Positions 11,340 through 25,540 of a stretch of DNA of 64,000 nt are shown here, piece by piece; position 1 is the stretch's first letter; every line of letters begins with the position of its first letter. The stretch is from Styela clava (Eukaryota). The DNA lies in the NCBI RefSeq assembly GCF_964204865.1, contig NC_135252.1, forward strand, positions 18,476,001-18,540,000, given 5' to 3'. The notes beneath the pieces were generated by a model. It was given only the letters and a program-made list of their open reading frames with translations. It was not told the DNA's origin and ran no database searches. Both the position numbers and the translations under genes were made by a program.

Positions 11340-14300
11340 GTTTAAAGTCTTGTTTCAATCGCTATCTTCCGATATCTTTATCCCAAGTATATATACCGAT
11401 TGAAATATATTTGAAAGTGTAATGTTTTTACAAAGGTATTTCAACGTCGAATGGATGGCTCTGAAAACTTTTATCGTGAATGGTATTATTATAAAAAATG
11501 GATTTGGAAATACAACTGGAGAATTTTGGCTTGGTAAGTTTTTTTTTATTCGCTTAAATAGTAAACAAATTTTTATCCTGAACTAGTTCTTGAAAATGCT
11601 GTCAACTGAAAAATGTTAGATATATATTTCATTCATTCCAATTTTACATATTCATTTTGTTTCCTGTCAGTGTTTGACGCAATATTCTTGATCATAGTAT
11701 AAAACATGAAATTCATTCAAACCACAAACTCGATGACGATATTTTACAAGCTGTTGAAAATGAAAATTCACTATTCGCAACTCTTAATCGTAACGACGAA
11801 AAACGATAAGGAGAATAGCGGGGGAAACGATTCTGATAATCTTTATTTCTGGTTACTGTGGCAACTTTTCCATCTTATTAATCAAACGATATATTGAGGA
11901 AATCCATTCTGATAAACGTCCGTGGCACACAAAAATTTACCAAATTGCACTTGTGTGGTGAAATTTTGTATAACGTACAACAGTACGCTAAATGCATTCG
12001 TATCAGACAAGGACGCGGGATCAACCCGTATAAAGGTTAATGATATACATCATCAAGGCAGGCTATTATAATAAATCTTGTATCTGAAATTAAGTTTTTA
12101 GGTCTTGAAAATATCTATCAGATATTGAAAAGTAAGACGTATGAACTCAGAGTAGACATGGAATACTGGGAAGGAAACAAAGCCTATGCAAAATATGGGT
12201 ATGATATGAGCGTGTATGTAAAAGCTGGAATTGGGTTTAAATTATCATGTTTCTATATCGATTTCCAGAACATTTTCAATCGGTGATTCTTCAACAAATT
12301 ATCGTTTAACGATTGGTCAATACAGTGGAAATGCTGGGGATTCACTTAGACATTCCCAACATCAAGGACAATCTTTCACAACTAGAGACGCAGATCATGA
12401 CTCTACATCTGGCAACTGTGCTGTGAATTTTGAGGGAGCGTTCAGGTACGGAGGTTGTCATGCGACTAATTTGAATGAGCTGTATATCGCAGGAGGAAAA
12501 GCAGAATACGGAATATCTGTTGTCTGGTGGACCTGGAAAGGCCATATTCAGTTCAAGTGGTGTCGTTATGTTTGCTCCGAGCGGGTGTCTGATAAATATG
12601 CCATTAAAAGCAAAGCTCAAATGTTATGGTTCGCTAAATAGCTCTAAACAATGCCAAATTGTAAGCATGTATTCCCCACAAAAAAGATAAAAAGCCAGTC
12701 GAGACTGCTACGAACATCATGCAACCTCACTACCGTGTTTTCCCAAAAATAAGACTGCCCCTTCTTTTAATTTTCTTTCGAAAAATAACACTAGCTCTAA
12801 TTTTCTGGCGATGACTTTTATTTTCATTTATAAAAAAACAAATTTACAAAGTAGGGATTACGAGATTTTCAAATACACAAAATATGAAAACCGATATCCA
12901 TTTACTTATACTTATATCCATTTACTTAATATAAATAAACGAAATTGCAACAAAATTAAGTGGTGTACTTTTGTATAATACATATAATTCGGATTGACTC
13001 GAAACCAGATGTTCAGGACGTGGCTCCAATTCATTGCATTGTATTCGCAATAACGCAATATCTATTTTTAACAAACGGCCATTTATTTTTAGCGATGTTG
13101 TGGGCTACAATATAATTGGTCAATAACGTAGATTCGCTTTCATTTGACGTTTTCTTTTGTTTGGCTTTTTCATGAATTTAGGTATTTAACGTAGAATTAA
13201 ATTTTGAAATTCACGCTCTTACTGACGGTATTTTAAAGAATGCTTCGTCTCATAATAGCGCCCAATGATGTATTACGTCAGAACTGGAATATTTTGTTGG
13301 CAAGGAAGACAAATCGCTGAAGTTTAAATCTTTTCAATAAATAAATAGGACGGTTGCCATATACCGTATCTAAAAAACGCCTGTTTTCGGTGACTAGTTG
13401 TCGTTTTGTGATATCTCTTGGCACAAAATGGTCAAGTCAGAAAATGTTATTGCTGTGGGTCGCGTTATAATGCATTATTGTTTCTAACCTATATACTGTT
13501 ATTTAAAAAGGCATCTTCAGATTATATCAAATGAACTGATTCCGAATCGTCAATTCGGTTCCTTTTCCACTTTCTTATGAAGATATCACAATCTGACGTC
13601 AGCCACGTACGGCATTTTGATCAAACCCGCTCAGCAAAAATATGCAAAAAGGAGAATTTCATGCAAATTATCATAAGCTTCATCTTTTCATTATATAGTA
13701 TCAAGATCAATGTAGCCTTGGAAAATGTAAGAATACCACATGCGATGGAGGAGCTACGTCGAAAGACATCACACAGAAAGTTACACGACATAATAATTGC
13801 ATTAATTAGTGGAGATAAGTTTTATTTAAAGCGAAAGTGTGAACACGCCTGACTATAAACTTTCAATTTGCAATAAATTATATCATATATCATATATAAT
13901 TTAATGCTGTTATAGAAATAGTCATTGCCTTCAGATCTCAAAGTCTCTCTATAGAGCTCGTACTGTGATAATTCGTGAAAGCATGCTGATGCACAAATTG
14001 AGAATATTTGTTCATCGTGACTTATTAGTTATATCTACGTACTAATCGATTATGCTTCTAATACGTTTGCTGTTCTGAACAGTTTTCGATGTTAAAAGTT
14101 GCCCTGTTTTCAAACGCTCCTTCAAACACCTACCAACCACCATTATCAAAAATTGCGGCGAAATTAATTAAAGGAAATTATGCACAAACATTTACCCGAT
14201 GCCAGGGGATATTTCAAACATGCCAAGAGTTTGCTGATAAATGTCATTTAAACAAACTTTTTGTTTTAATAGAATGAAAATCTCCAAAAGAAAATCTTAG

Positions 14301-14607
14301 TAAAACAAATCCGTTGTGTAGTAAATGGTCCAAAAAAATTGCACAAATGAGGTGGTCACAGCCGATCAAAATACGTGTTCGAACGTTTAAAATGAATGTC
14401 TGATATAATATCTGCCAAATTAAGCCAAATCAAATTATTGCCAATCATATTTAAATCGCGCAACCCCTGGGTGCGAGTTGCGTGTGCCCCAATTTAATGA
14501 TGCATTAAAGATTAAACAATTGTAGTATTTTAATGCGCATATGCAAAAAAACTATGAGCGATCCTCAAAGTTATTAAAAGAGAATTAAGAGTTTCAGTAG
14601 GTAGGTA

Positions 14608-17062
14608 TCATAAAAGATTGGAAAGCACTGTCTTGAACTTTGTCATTTTATCCTGACTAACTGCGTCAGCCACCCAAAATTTGAAACCTAGTCCTGAATT
14701 CCGACGACAGCCTGCCTGCTGTCCCATCTGTCCGCTGCGATTTCTGGAAGTACTTAATCCCATGAATGATCGTGCATAATCAAATTTCTGTAACATATGC
14801 ACGTTCCACTGCCTCACACTTTTCCAGTGAACCATTCCAACCTTTACAAGTTCTCCGTCCTCCGCTTTACACACCTACATTTCACAATTTAAATTATATT
14901 GATTGAGTTGTCGGAGACGTTTCAGCATACGCAAATTATGTTGAATGTTTTCTATCATTTGTATGATCTTATCGAGGAACTAAAATGATAGATTATCTGT
15001 ATTTCCCTAAGATTGGATACTAATTCATAAAATATTGATGATTACATTGAGACCAAATTCAGGTGGGTGCTTTGTAAGCCACTTTTCGGTAGTTCGTCCC
15101 AAATAGAAGATATCGAATTCACTTCATTTAGTACTCTGGTGATTATGCCATCAATAAATCATTTACGCTATCGAAGTAAAGTTAAATTTTTGATGAAATA
15201 AAAATACTTTCAAAAAAAAATTTAAATAAATATATGCGTCCATATTCAATTAAAAAATTGATAAAACTTTTATGGTAACTTCTTTTGTACATAATTTTAT
15301 GCAGTTTTGAAACCATATTATGTTTTATCTTTTTACGCCAAAACACTTTCAAATACAGTTATCGTTAAAAATCTACGAATCATAGTCTAGAGCGAACAAT
15401 ACAGTTTAACATTAGAATAAACATGAAAATAGCTTATAACAATTGAAGTGGAAACTGAAGAGAACGATACGCCGATGCAAATATAGAAATGTAGCTTAAA
15501 ATATTCACTGAGGTTAGGAGGCATTTTGGGGTTTTCGATTTGATGTAAATATGAGGCAACGCGATAACTCGCCCGTATGCACATCTAGGCTAGTTTCCAC
15601 GTGAAGCTATCTAGTACAGTTACTGAAATAAATTTGACGTATACTTAGGGTCAAAAACCCACAAATCGTCCAGCCACATCATTTCGTTTTGCTTTATTTC
15701 CGTTTATTGACATTACATTATATATATGAAGTAAAAGTTTTACAACGTATTCACATATATTTAATGCGATAGGTGAACCGTATTATTGCATATAAAGGAT
15801 CATAACACGGCCCATCGCAACATTCACTTTATTGGTGATTTTATGCCAAGTTGTAAACGAGGGAAAGGCGAAAGGCATGTTAAAGAAACAAGCTGATATT
15901 TTTGGGTCGCGTCGTTTAGATATTGGCCCAAGGAGGTACAATGTGTTCACATTATATTGTTCTATATATTATGACTTGGACACTGGCATGCTTCGTACAA
16001 GTTAGTTTTATCTCTTATAGATAGATAAATCTTAAAGTCAAATATGGTCACAGCATCCAGTTTGACTCCTCTTGAAGAAATACACGAAAGATGTTGAGCA
16101 CATAAAACACAACTGTCCAAACAAATCTACCCTAGTTTAACCAAACCAGACTCTTACCTGGATTTGAGATTTATATCAGTGACAGTAGTCAGGGTCGAAA
16201 CTAAAAATATTTACCAGTTCTTATACTAATGTAACTGATCCATCCATTAAAAATAATTAATTGGGTGTGTACGATTTTTGATTAACTTATTAATGTATAA
16301 TCTGGACATCCCAATATCATTGGTATTTTAGCCTATTTCGTTGAAAATATGAGTGTAACAATTCAAAGTCAAGCTTCTTCAAATTGTCCACGAAATGAAG
16401 TAATTCATTTACATCCCCAACACAAAAGTGTGTTTGTTCACGGATATGGAGGATCATCCGAAAGTGCTGAACATCAAGCACATATCCTCAGCTCGTACAT
16501 TTACGACGAATCACTCAATATCGACCCAAAGATTGCGGTCATTCCTAACGAAGCACAACGTTTCAATGCTTCTTGCGCTAAAGCAACCACTCATCTGTTA
16601 GATTATATAAAGAAAATTGCAAGAGGCGAACAAAGTTCAAAGAGCAACGGGGATGAATGTGTTGAGCTGCTGGTGTATTGCCACAGTAACGGTGCGAAAC
16701 CAGTTCAGAAGGCTCTTACTCCTGAAAAGCTTACAGAATTATGCAAGAAGGAAAATATCCCTGAAATGGAAATAGACAATTTAATGAGAAGAATAAGAAA
16801 GAAAATTGTCGTGATTTCGTTTGGAGGAGTGACTTACATTCCGGGAAACTATGCCAAGGTATGGTAAAACTGATATCAGCAGCTGATTATAATTCCTGTT
16901 TTTAGTCATTCTAAATAAAATACAGCAATAAGGTATACGCAAATTTACTACTTGTTCTATTAGAGTATATCGACTGCAATTGAACCGAGTTTTCTACTGT
17001 TGCTAAGATAAATTTATATATAGTTTTAACTTACTGTGCTTACCTTTAATAAGGATTTGAGA
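14608..17062 (-). CDS. Possible antisense spliced gene fragment of unknown function
   Basis: Minus-strand GT-AG exons 17062-17044, 16200-16158, 15121-15046 and 14874-14608 splice in a continuous frame (SQILIKVSTLTTVTDINLKSSEFDIFYLGRTTEKWLTKHPPEFGLNVCKAEDGELVKVGMVHW...). The acceptor at 15122 is weak and no start codon was identified. Confidence 0.3.
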
Positions 17063-17342
17063 CTGCAGAGAAATTAATTTACATACATAAATATAAGTTT
17101 AAAATGAATTATATATATATATGTCGTTTTTTGTTAAGATTGTCATGAATTTTTGTTCAACAAGCGACTATTTTAGCCAGTTTTGTCATTTTATGGAAGT
17201 TGGAAAGCAACCGAAAGATGACGAGGCAAATCCGAAAATTTATGTGAGAGATCCTGCAATGCCCGAGAGAGAGAGAGAGGTTTCTGCTGGAATATGGGAA
17301 TATTTCCCAACAGTTAGCACTGTCTCGGGGGCGGCCAAAGAT
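16349..17342 (+). CDS. Alpha/beta-hydrolase-fold-like protein D, copy 1 (13-nt deletion at end of exon 2)
   Basis: Exon 16349-16858 (VFVHGYGG, LLVYCHSNGA nucleophile-elbow-like motif, IVVISFGG) spliced in phase 0 to 17139-17342 (IVMNFCSTSDYFS). The acceptor at 16331 suggests a possible upstream exon. Confidence 0.6.
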
Positions 17343-17861
17343 GTAAGTGAATCGCCGGAAAGACTGAATCGATTTTTTTGTAATTTGATACCGCATGCAA
17401 TGCTCTGATGGCTGGGGCGATATAGGCCTATTGTTTTTTACCAGCTTCTTTGATAACCAATATTGGCCACATAGACCAAATGAAGATTCGTGTCCCAAGT
17501 AACAATTGCACAGCACGCTTGAATGTTCGTATTGTAGTAAGTTTTGAAGATGAAATAATGGGTTTCATATAAAATTATTTATTCCACCCTAAAGACGTTT
17601 CAAATAGTGATTTCCTTCTTCCCTTTTCGGTTTAAAATTCTAAATACCGATATTTTTCAAATTTTCATTTTACGTTTATGTAAACCATTTCACACTGCGT
17701 GTGATAAATATTATATTGAAGTAAACATTTTTATATTGCATAGCTTGTTGTGAATCGGAGAATCATCCACACTATCTCGGAAGCATTCTGAAGAATAAAA
17801 AGATGATCTGTTACATAAGAGAAGTTCTGGGATTAAAAGCGGTAGAACATCTAAACTAAAT

Positions 17862-18064
17862 GGTTCCATTACATTTGAACCCACGTACATTTGAACCCAC
17901 GACAATTGCACCTGCATGCCATTGCACCTATGGAAATTTTTTTGGTTTTACGGATATTTGTACTCATACTAACCTAACCCATGGGTTTTAGCACCCGCAT
18001 ATTGATTGAACCCGCGGATATACACATGGGTTCAAATGTACATGGGTTCAAATGTACGGTCACC
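17862..18064. mobile_element. Mutator-like MITE
   Basis: Inverted ends with repeated TACATTTGAACCC / GGGTTCAAATGTA and 9-bp TSD AAACTAAAT (17853-17861, 18065-18073). Confidence 0.8.
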
Positions 18065-18840
18065 AAACTAAATATACAATGAATAAAGTTTTAAAGCATA
18101 ATTTTTGATAAAATAATTGTAAAACATTTTTGGTATTATAAGCTTACGATTTTAAATAAGGGTTATTTTAACATCAGTTGAGTGCATTCACTACTAAATA
18201 TGAGAAACAATTTATATGTGTTGTTTTCAATATGCTTTGATCGATATATATGATTTTATAATATTAAAAGAATCAAGACTAGTTATCACTAGTAACAAAT
18301 GTCTATATCAAGTGATTCCTAATTTCATAATTTTTCGATGTTTAGCCTGTTTACTCTATTCCCCCATGATGGTAGATATTTAATATATAAAACTAAATCA
18401 TCGTTCTATACTTTTTGTAGTTTAAACTGGGTTTTCTCAGGTTTAAGAGCCGGCACAGGGACGCTCCAGTAGTGTGTGTACCAATATTGAGGTAACTAAT
18501 TTTGTTCGCCTACTTTACATCAAATTGTGTAAAGAGACGGATGCCTTTGGAAAAGGGGGTGTATTCACTTACACTTAGATAACACGGACAGTCCCTGAAC
18601 TCGTAATAGAAGCAAAATGAGAAAATTGGAATAAAAGTATATATGCCCTAACCCTAACCTGGTACCAACACTACTTGAGTATCAGAACAGAACTCTGAGT
18701 TTTATCAGTCCTGTAATCGAAAATCGGTGACAGATTATTTTGCCTCAAATTATTCAGATTAGAAGGTAGGAGTCATAAGTATTAGGCTAGAATATGTTAA
18801 CAACCAGAGCGAGAGTCGTGAATTAGAGTATCGTATAGAT

Positions 18841-19725
18841 TAGTGGTTCCCAAACTTTTAAGGCATCGTCGCCCCCTTACAGTAATTTACATTATATTAA
18901 ACTATATTTTCAGTAAATTATATTCTGTATTTGAAATCGGATACGAAAATTCCGATCAAAACAGTCCTCGCTCGCGATAATGACAATCGTTAAAATTGCT
19001 GATTTTTTCAGCGATGATGATTTGTCTGTTGTGCAGAACAGTCAGTTCATTGCCGATACGAATATTAACAAGAATTTGTCATTTTAAAATAATAATTTCA
19101 ATGTAAATGACCGTTGGGCCTACTTACAATAAAATGAAAGTATTTTTGCTCTGAAATACTGCAAGCTGCGTACATAAAATGTATTGTATACTGCTCGATT
19201 AGAATTATTCGCATTTTCCGATCTTGATAATTTGTTAAATTTAAGCCGCTCGCGGTTATTATCAAGATATCACCGTTAGCAAAATGCCAATGTCGACAAT
19301 AAAATTTTACAACACAACATTGATTAGTTTTGATCAATTTATCACAATATGGAAAGAAGTCGTGTGGAATCCGGCGGTAATTCAATAATGGATAATGGAA
19401 TGGATCAACTTCAGATAACTGCGGTGTAGTTTCCGATCGAAAATTCCGAAATTTTGCAATTTAATTTCAATTTCGTCTGCAAAATCTTGTTTTCGCTTGT
19501 TTTTACAACTATTAAGGGATTTATATCTCAGTAAATTGTACTATTTATAATAACTATAGTAGGGTATATCTGGGGAGAATCACAGCGTGCAATCTTAGCG
19601 GTTAACTATGAGTAAAGCTACGCTACGATTTCAAAAATTTTTGAGTATACTCGTAGGTCGCGAGGTTTCACCAAATTTATTTTCGAAAGAATTTGGGTTG
19701 CTTGAAAAAACGTTAGGAACCTCAT
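18841..19725. mobile_element. Old degenerate hAT-like MITE (copy at ~41634-42518)
   Basis: Left end TAGTGGTTCCCAAACTTTT and decayed right end AAAACGTTAGGAACCTCATT. No clear TSD. Confidence 0.35.
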
Positions 19726-19770
19726 TAACATGACTGTACCAAATACTGCATCTATTTGGTTACTCTAACC

Positions 19771-20079
19771 CAGGGGTCGGCAACCTACAGCCCGCGGGCC
19801 GGATTTTACTATAATTAGATAAATGGCAACAAAACGCAGAAAAGTTGATGCTAAGTGCAAAGGGTTCAATGGCGCCGAGAACATTCAAATGGAATTTTTT
19901 GAGATGCAATGCAATGAGGAAATAAATCTATATTCTATTCTAGAGATTTCTCGCTGCATGATTTTCATTATAAAAAGTATCATCCGTTCGGTTTTCAATT
20001 TTCTTAAAAAATGTGCGCCCCGCCAATGACTGCAACCCTTCATTTTGGCCCGCAAGTGACAAAAGGTTGCCGACCCCTG
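19771..20079 (+). mobile_element. hAT Charlie/Buster-type deletion derivative
   Basis: TIRs CAGGGGTCGGCAACCT / AGGTTGCCGACCCCTG with near-TSD ctctaacc/cctaacc. The internal ORF joins a transposase-like N-terminus (MATKRRKVDAKCKGF) to a C-terminal-like piece (ENIQMEFFEMQCN). Confidence 0.8.
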
Positions 20080-20466
20080 CCTAACCTTTCATACACAATA
20101 TTCTTAGTTTCTATCCGATGCATAATCCAGAAAATACATCACCTATATATCACAATAAAACACATGGTTTTCAACGAGCAAAAGAGTGGCCACGTCGATG
20201 AGAAATAAAACTTTTACATTCTAATTCATCAAGTGCCTCAAACTCAATACCGCCACTATTCTGAACCGAATTGATTTTTTAATTCCAATTGTGGTATAAA
20301 TACGCTTGAGTGAATATTTCCCGCTACGACTCCGAGTTACATGGTATAAGTGCGTATTCACGTCTTGTACTTTGCTCACCCGAATAAAACTCTTCAATCC
20401 ATTCACTAACAACTGACTGTAGGAACACTGGAAAGTCAATGGCTCAAATGAACAGATTGTTAAATT

Positions 20467-20713
20467 TATTGGACACGTAGTGGACATAACGATCGTTTTG
20501 TTGTTATGTTGTTCTCAGTCTTGTTCTTGTTGTTGTGTGACACGTTTTGAAAAAATCGCCTTTCTCTTTGATTACTGGACCAATTGCTCTTAAATTTCCA
20601 GTGGGTAAAGATGGAATTTTTCTCCAAAGGGCTATTACTTTTTTTTTTGCTATGACGTCATCAAAATTATGTGGCTCTACGTGTCCATATATTTGAGCAT
20701 AGCTCTCTTGTTT
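20467..20713 (+). mobile_element. Second HINE-like element (copy at ~43260-43507)
   Basis: Subterminal inverted repeat GGACACGTAG / CTACGTGTCC, (TTG)n-like microsatellite, and 3' hairpin GAGCATAGCTC followed by a T-run. Confidence 0.55.
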
Positions 20714-20976
20714 TAGATGAGGTGATATTATCTAAATCGTTATTTTGAGTTCGACATGTACGTAAGTAAATAAATGGAGCTTTAATTACGCATTAGAAAT
20801 TGTAGAAACAGAAGGTGAAGCGGAAATGTTATGAAGTGAAACAATGACGCATGCTGGGTTATGCGGTTCAAATTTTGATTAATATCACATTTTCGGTTTG
20901 ACGAGTTAGTTTAGTTTGGATTTGTTTATCAGTTATTCAGTAAAAAGCTACAAGACTGTAGTTCAAAACAAGAAAC

Positions 20977-23900
20977 ATGATGTGTAATTCTTTGTTCCTG
21001 TTGCTTATTGCGGGATCAAGTCTCGGTGAGAAAGTTTTAAAATAAATGACCCTACTTAGTGTAAATTAAAGACTAAAAATTATTAAAATTATGTATTTGT
21101 TTATTTCTCATAAAACAAATTCATTGTTAACATATAAAAGCTTTCACGATATCACACGAATAGAGAATGTCGCCAAATTAACGAACAACGCATGCCGATT
21201 GGAACATGTTTCGTCTAAATAACATAACCTAGTCCTAAGCTATGGCTTAGTCAAAATTAATAAACTTCATAATGTTACTCCTATACACAGCAAAAATATC
21301 GCCAAACTCAGAAGATACCTGTGATGACATATCACACAATTTTGACTTGACGGTAAGTTAAATTATTTATGTATTATTGCAATTTTATAAATACAATCAC
21401 CAAAACGTGTGTAAATACTATTAACCTAGCAAAAATCATTCTTGCGCAGATAATATACACATTGAATAACAAATTATCAGCGGCATTAAACCTCAAAATG
21501 TTATTTCTCGAATTTCATATGTCGATGTATGAATTCAAGGAAATGTTGCATTTGTTGTAAATAATTTGTAGTATACTATTCTTGCTCTAATTTTATACAA
21601 TTGATTGTTTAGCATATTTTTTCTTACTTCTTAAAAAACCCTTCACAAAAATGTGAAATAAAGTGTGTTTCATTCTGTTTGTTTCAGTTAACCAGCGAAC
21701 AAGGTAAGATGTGACTTTTATTACAATATTGATTGGTTTAACGGTCCCAGAATCTTTATTTGGATTCAATTTGAGAGAATCTTTGAATAAATATATATAT
21801 CAATCTCATTAGTTTTACATGTTCAAAATCTTCGTACACCAACAGACACACTAAGTATTGGTAAGCTAAAGCAACTTAAATCTATACCAGATTCAGAAAT
21901 ACATCAGAAGGTTTGTTAATTCAGATTTGCGAATGCAGTTGGAAGAAAAGCTTACATTATTGTTAATGAATAATTTTGACGGAGATCTTGTAATAAACAC
22001 TCAAATATTTGAAAATGTTGCACGCACCAACCTAAATCATACAACTACAGATAGAGATGATACCACCGACAATAATGTTGAATATTCTAGTTCCGCGTCT
22101 TCTAATGATGTCACAACTGATCCGTTTTATTCAAGGACAAATTTGATAACAGAGAAAACTGAATTGAGTACAAAGAAGGAAATTACGACAGGTTTTAATA
22201 ATTTTTCTTCATATTTTCAACGTAAATGTAGATCAAGCTACACCAACAACTCGAATTGCAATGCATTATGTATACACAGTGTAGAAGGGAACCAATAAAA
22301 ATATTGCAATGACAAAAATTTGAAAAAAAAACTCTTCAAATATGTATGAAATTATGGAAGTGTATTATCGCAAAACCTAACAAATTTGTATTCTAGTCAA
22401 AATTATAATTATTACTCAATTCTTATGGTAGTAGCTTATACAATTGAGGTAGTTTAGTCATTTGGTAAGGTATTTAAACTATAATGTCCGTAATATAATA
22501 CGAACGCGTCATCTATCGATTTCATTACATTCAATTATTAAACCTAATTGACCTCATTTCAAGCACTTACGAAATATACCGACTGGGAATGGCCGAGAAG
22601 TACCGACAAATTGATAACAACCGACAAAGATGATATTGGAGATGTGGTGACCACTGACACGGATTTAACTCTTCTTCAGTCTTCCACTTTAACTACTCTC
22701 GTTGATAGGAATGAAGGAAGCTCACATTCAGGTATCGGTACTAGCAGAAGATTTCTGTCTTCCTCTTGATCATTATATTTACAACGTATAGTTAATATTA
22801 TGTAATAATATTATGTTTTATATCAATATCAGATTTACCCGAGGATTGTACAAACATGCAAAAGAAAAACGCGAAAACTAAAAACGCTACTGGTGGAGTA
22901 TTTAATATTTATCCTGAACCAAACGAAAGTTCCATTGAAGTTTATTGTGATCTCGTCATCGACTGAGGAGGATGGATTGTAAGCTTCGCATTTTGAACAA
23001 AGCTAGTATAAGCTGATTAAAAATTATCCCTTGTATCAATTTTCAATATTCACTAATCACTCCACTCTCATGAGTGAAAATTTTATAAATCTGCACGGAT
23101 ACGTAAATTAGGCAAAATTTTTGTAACATTTCGTTGTGAATCAATCATTAAATAATATAAGAACAACAGCAAACTTGATTTCAAAGGTGTTTCAACGACG
23201 AATGGATGGATCGGAAAATTTTTATAGAAATTATTCTGACTACGTGAATGGGTTTGGAAAAGCTGATAGAGAAATGTGGCTTGGTAAGTTTAATTACTTT
23301 CATTATTGTTGGAATATTTGCAATGTAACAATTTTGAATGAAGTTGTGATAAGAAAATGTCAAAAAAATTTAATGTTGATCAAAATGTGCAACTCGGTTG
23401 GTTTACTTGCCCAATTCTAAATCCAGAAGTCATAAAATTAAATATTTCCATATTAAATCTTTGAAATTGTATAAAAACATTCAAGTTAACATAAAAATTA
23501 AGCACCAATACCATGTATAATGATACCTCATTTGCGCCAATATAAACTTCAGGTCTGGAAACGTTGAATCTGATTACGAATAAATATGATTGTGAACTTT
23601 GTATAGATATGAAAGATTGGGAAAACAACACAGCTTATGCCAAATATGGGTGAGTCGTGTGATAAAAAAATGAAAAATCCAATGAATAACACATAGCTTA
23701 TAAATGTGGGCTGAACTTTGAACGGCCAATCTGTCACCCTATTTAAGAAAGTCGACATTGACTTCAAGTTTTAGTGTTATTTGAGCACGCACTCGGGAAG
23801 AAATGCTAGAGCAATGGAAGTTGATTGGCTATCAAATCAATTCTTTATTAAACTTGGCATCTTGGAATTGTTGTGAATTCGGAATAGCTATTTCTAATAT

Positions 23901-24609
23901 TCAAAATAATTTATATTGATTGAATGAAACTACATAAGCTACAATAATGCAGATAAAAACACTCAAAATAAGATAGAAACGTACCAGACTACTGTAATAT
24001 TACTAGTACAAACAAAAATTAATGGGACCTCCTGAAGTATGCGCACCAAGATGGCGCACAATCTGAACTCAGGTTGTGTACAAAGTTTGGTTTCAGGTTG
24101 TGCGACATCTTTGTGTGCATACTTCAGGAGTACCAAATAATGATATACGTTTGACTGCTGTTGATAAATAGTCAAGGAACGAATCTCAAAACCTCTAGTC
24201 AAGGAACGAATCTCAAACCATCTCAGACATACTGTAGAGACGCAGTTGAAGGACAGAAACATGAATAACGCTCTAAATTTCTAGGGTGTTCAAAGTTGGA
24301 GATAAAACTAACAAATATCAACTTACTGTGGGGGAATACAATGGAAATGCGGGAGATTCAATGCTAAATCATTCTACAATGAACTTCACAACAAAAGATT
24401 ACGACAACGATATCTGGCAAAGTAATTGCGCTCAACGATTCAGAGGCGGTTGGTGGTACAATAAATGCCATCAATCTAACCCAAACGGCCTTTACTTATC
24501 AGGAGAATCTGAGTTTGGCGTTGGAATCAGCTGGTATACCTGGAAAACGCACAGATACTCCCTCAAATTTATTGAGATAAAACTCAGGAAAAAATCTAAA
24601 ACTATATGA
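20977..24609 (+). pseudogene. FReD gene type A copy 2 (single nonsense codon)
   Basis: Same 9-exon structure as A1, with the ancestral exon-5 acceptor (caag|CA, 22564). In-frame TGA at 22964-22966. Lacks the intron-7 HINE. Exon 9 at 24285-24609. Confidence 0.85.
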
Positions 24610-24659
24610 TCTCGCGTGAACCTTGCAAAATAAACGATCATGCTGGCGTGTAATGAATA

Positions 24660-25520
24660 TCAGTTTGAATAGACAAAATTTATTGCTGGTAATTTTCTTT
24701 GAGCATAAATGAGATGAAGCAGTTCAAAAAATATTCATGATTATAATCAATCCCCCCCCCCCTTTTTTTTTATTCATTATTTGATAAAAAATTGGTAAAT
24801 AATTCATACTATATCTACTTATACAGTCAAATTACACCGTATCTTCAATACGTATATCTAACATTATTTAATTTTTTGACTTATTCATGCATGAAAAATG
24901 TGGTTTCCAATCTCCATTGTTAGATTCCTCCTTTTTCCTATTTTTGGACTCTTTATTCCTTACTCCATACGCATAAAACTACTTTATTTCTTCAATGCTC
25001 AAACGATTCTTTGCTAGTGTTATGCCCAAGTCGCTCTCTCCTATAGTATATTACATGTTCATGAAAAAGTAAGTAATATATTAATAATAATAAAATATAG
25101 ATATTTGTAACACCACAGAGAATACAAAGCAAAATTTCTCTCTAAAAATGGCAAAATTCTTCCCTGGGGACAAATTTCTTCTTTCCACAAATTTAAATCA
25201 AATAAATAGGTTTTTCAGAGTTCAGAATTTAGGTAACGAAATACTTCGGCATGGCGTATGAAGTTGTAGCATCAAAAAGTGACGTGCTTGTTTGAAATCT
25301 TCCATCAGTCATTCAATAACAAGTCCCAAGCTTGTAGGTTTGAAATCAAGAACCTAAAACAATAGTTTTCAATCTCAACCTTGTTGCCTAAATTTCTCCC
25401 TCTATACTTTTGTACTCATTCGCTATGCATAAAACTACTTTATTTATTAAATTTAATTTTGGTAATCATCTGTTATTATTCATTGTATTGTAGCTAGTTA
25501 ATACAAATTTGTTTTTAATC
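24660..25520. repeat. Spacer block shared with 55435-56390
   Basis: Clear homology (e.g. gtcgctctctc, ggcaaaattcttccctggggacaaatttc, gtagcatcaaaaagtgacg). Absent downstream of A1 and A3. Confidence 0.8.
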
Positions 25521-25540
25521 GAGCTAGTGTTAGGCTGAAG

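Larger units (their letters stand above)
8510..12641 (+). pseudogene. Divergent FReD gene type C copy 1 (degraded)
   Basis: Exons ~8510-8622, 8968-9069, 9378-9523 (LPDSC...Y-R-DLMTDDGGWV, conserved Cys lost, internal frameshifts), 11436-11533 ([16 protein letters not shown], +1 frameshift in an A-run near 11495), 12102-12198, 12269-~12600 ([22 protein letters not shown]-terminus frameshifted). Confidence 0.85.

Noticed and set aside
12731-12800. Tc1/pogo-like terminal sequence TACCGTGTTTTCCCAAAAATAAGAC
   Set aside because: Only one end was found, with no matching TIR or TSD.
15500-15595. Helitron-like 3' end (GC-rich stem then CTAG)
   Set aside because: The hairpin is imperfect, and no 5' TC end or empty site is available.
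15640-15700. Minus-strand kelch-like peptide WLDDLWVFDP
   Set aside because: It is very short, has no good acceptor and carries a stop in copy 2, so it cannot be distinguished from chance.
18640-18665. Telomere-like CCCTAACCCTAACC
   Set aside because: Only two units, typical of MITE-internal sequence.
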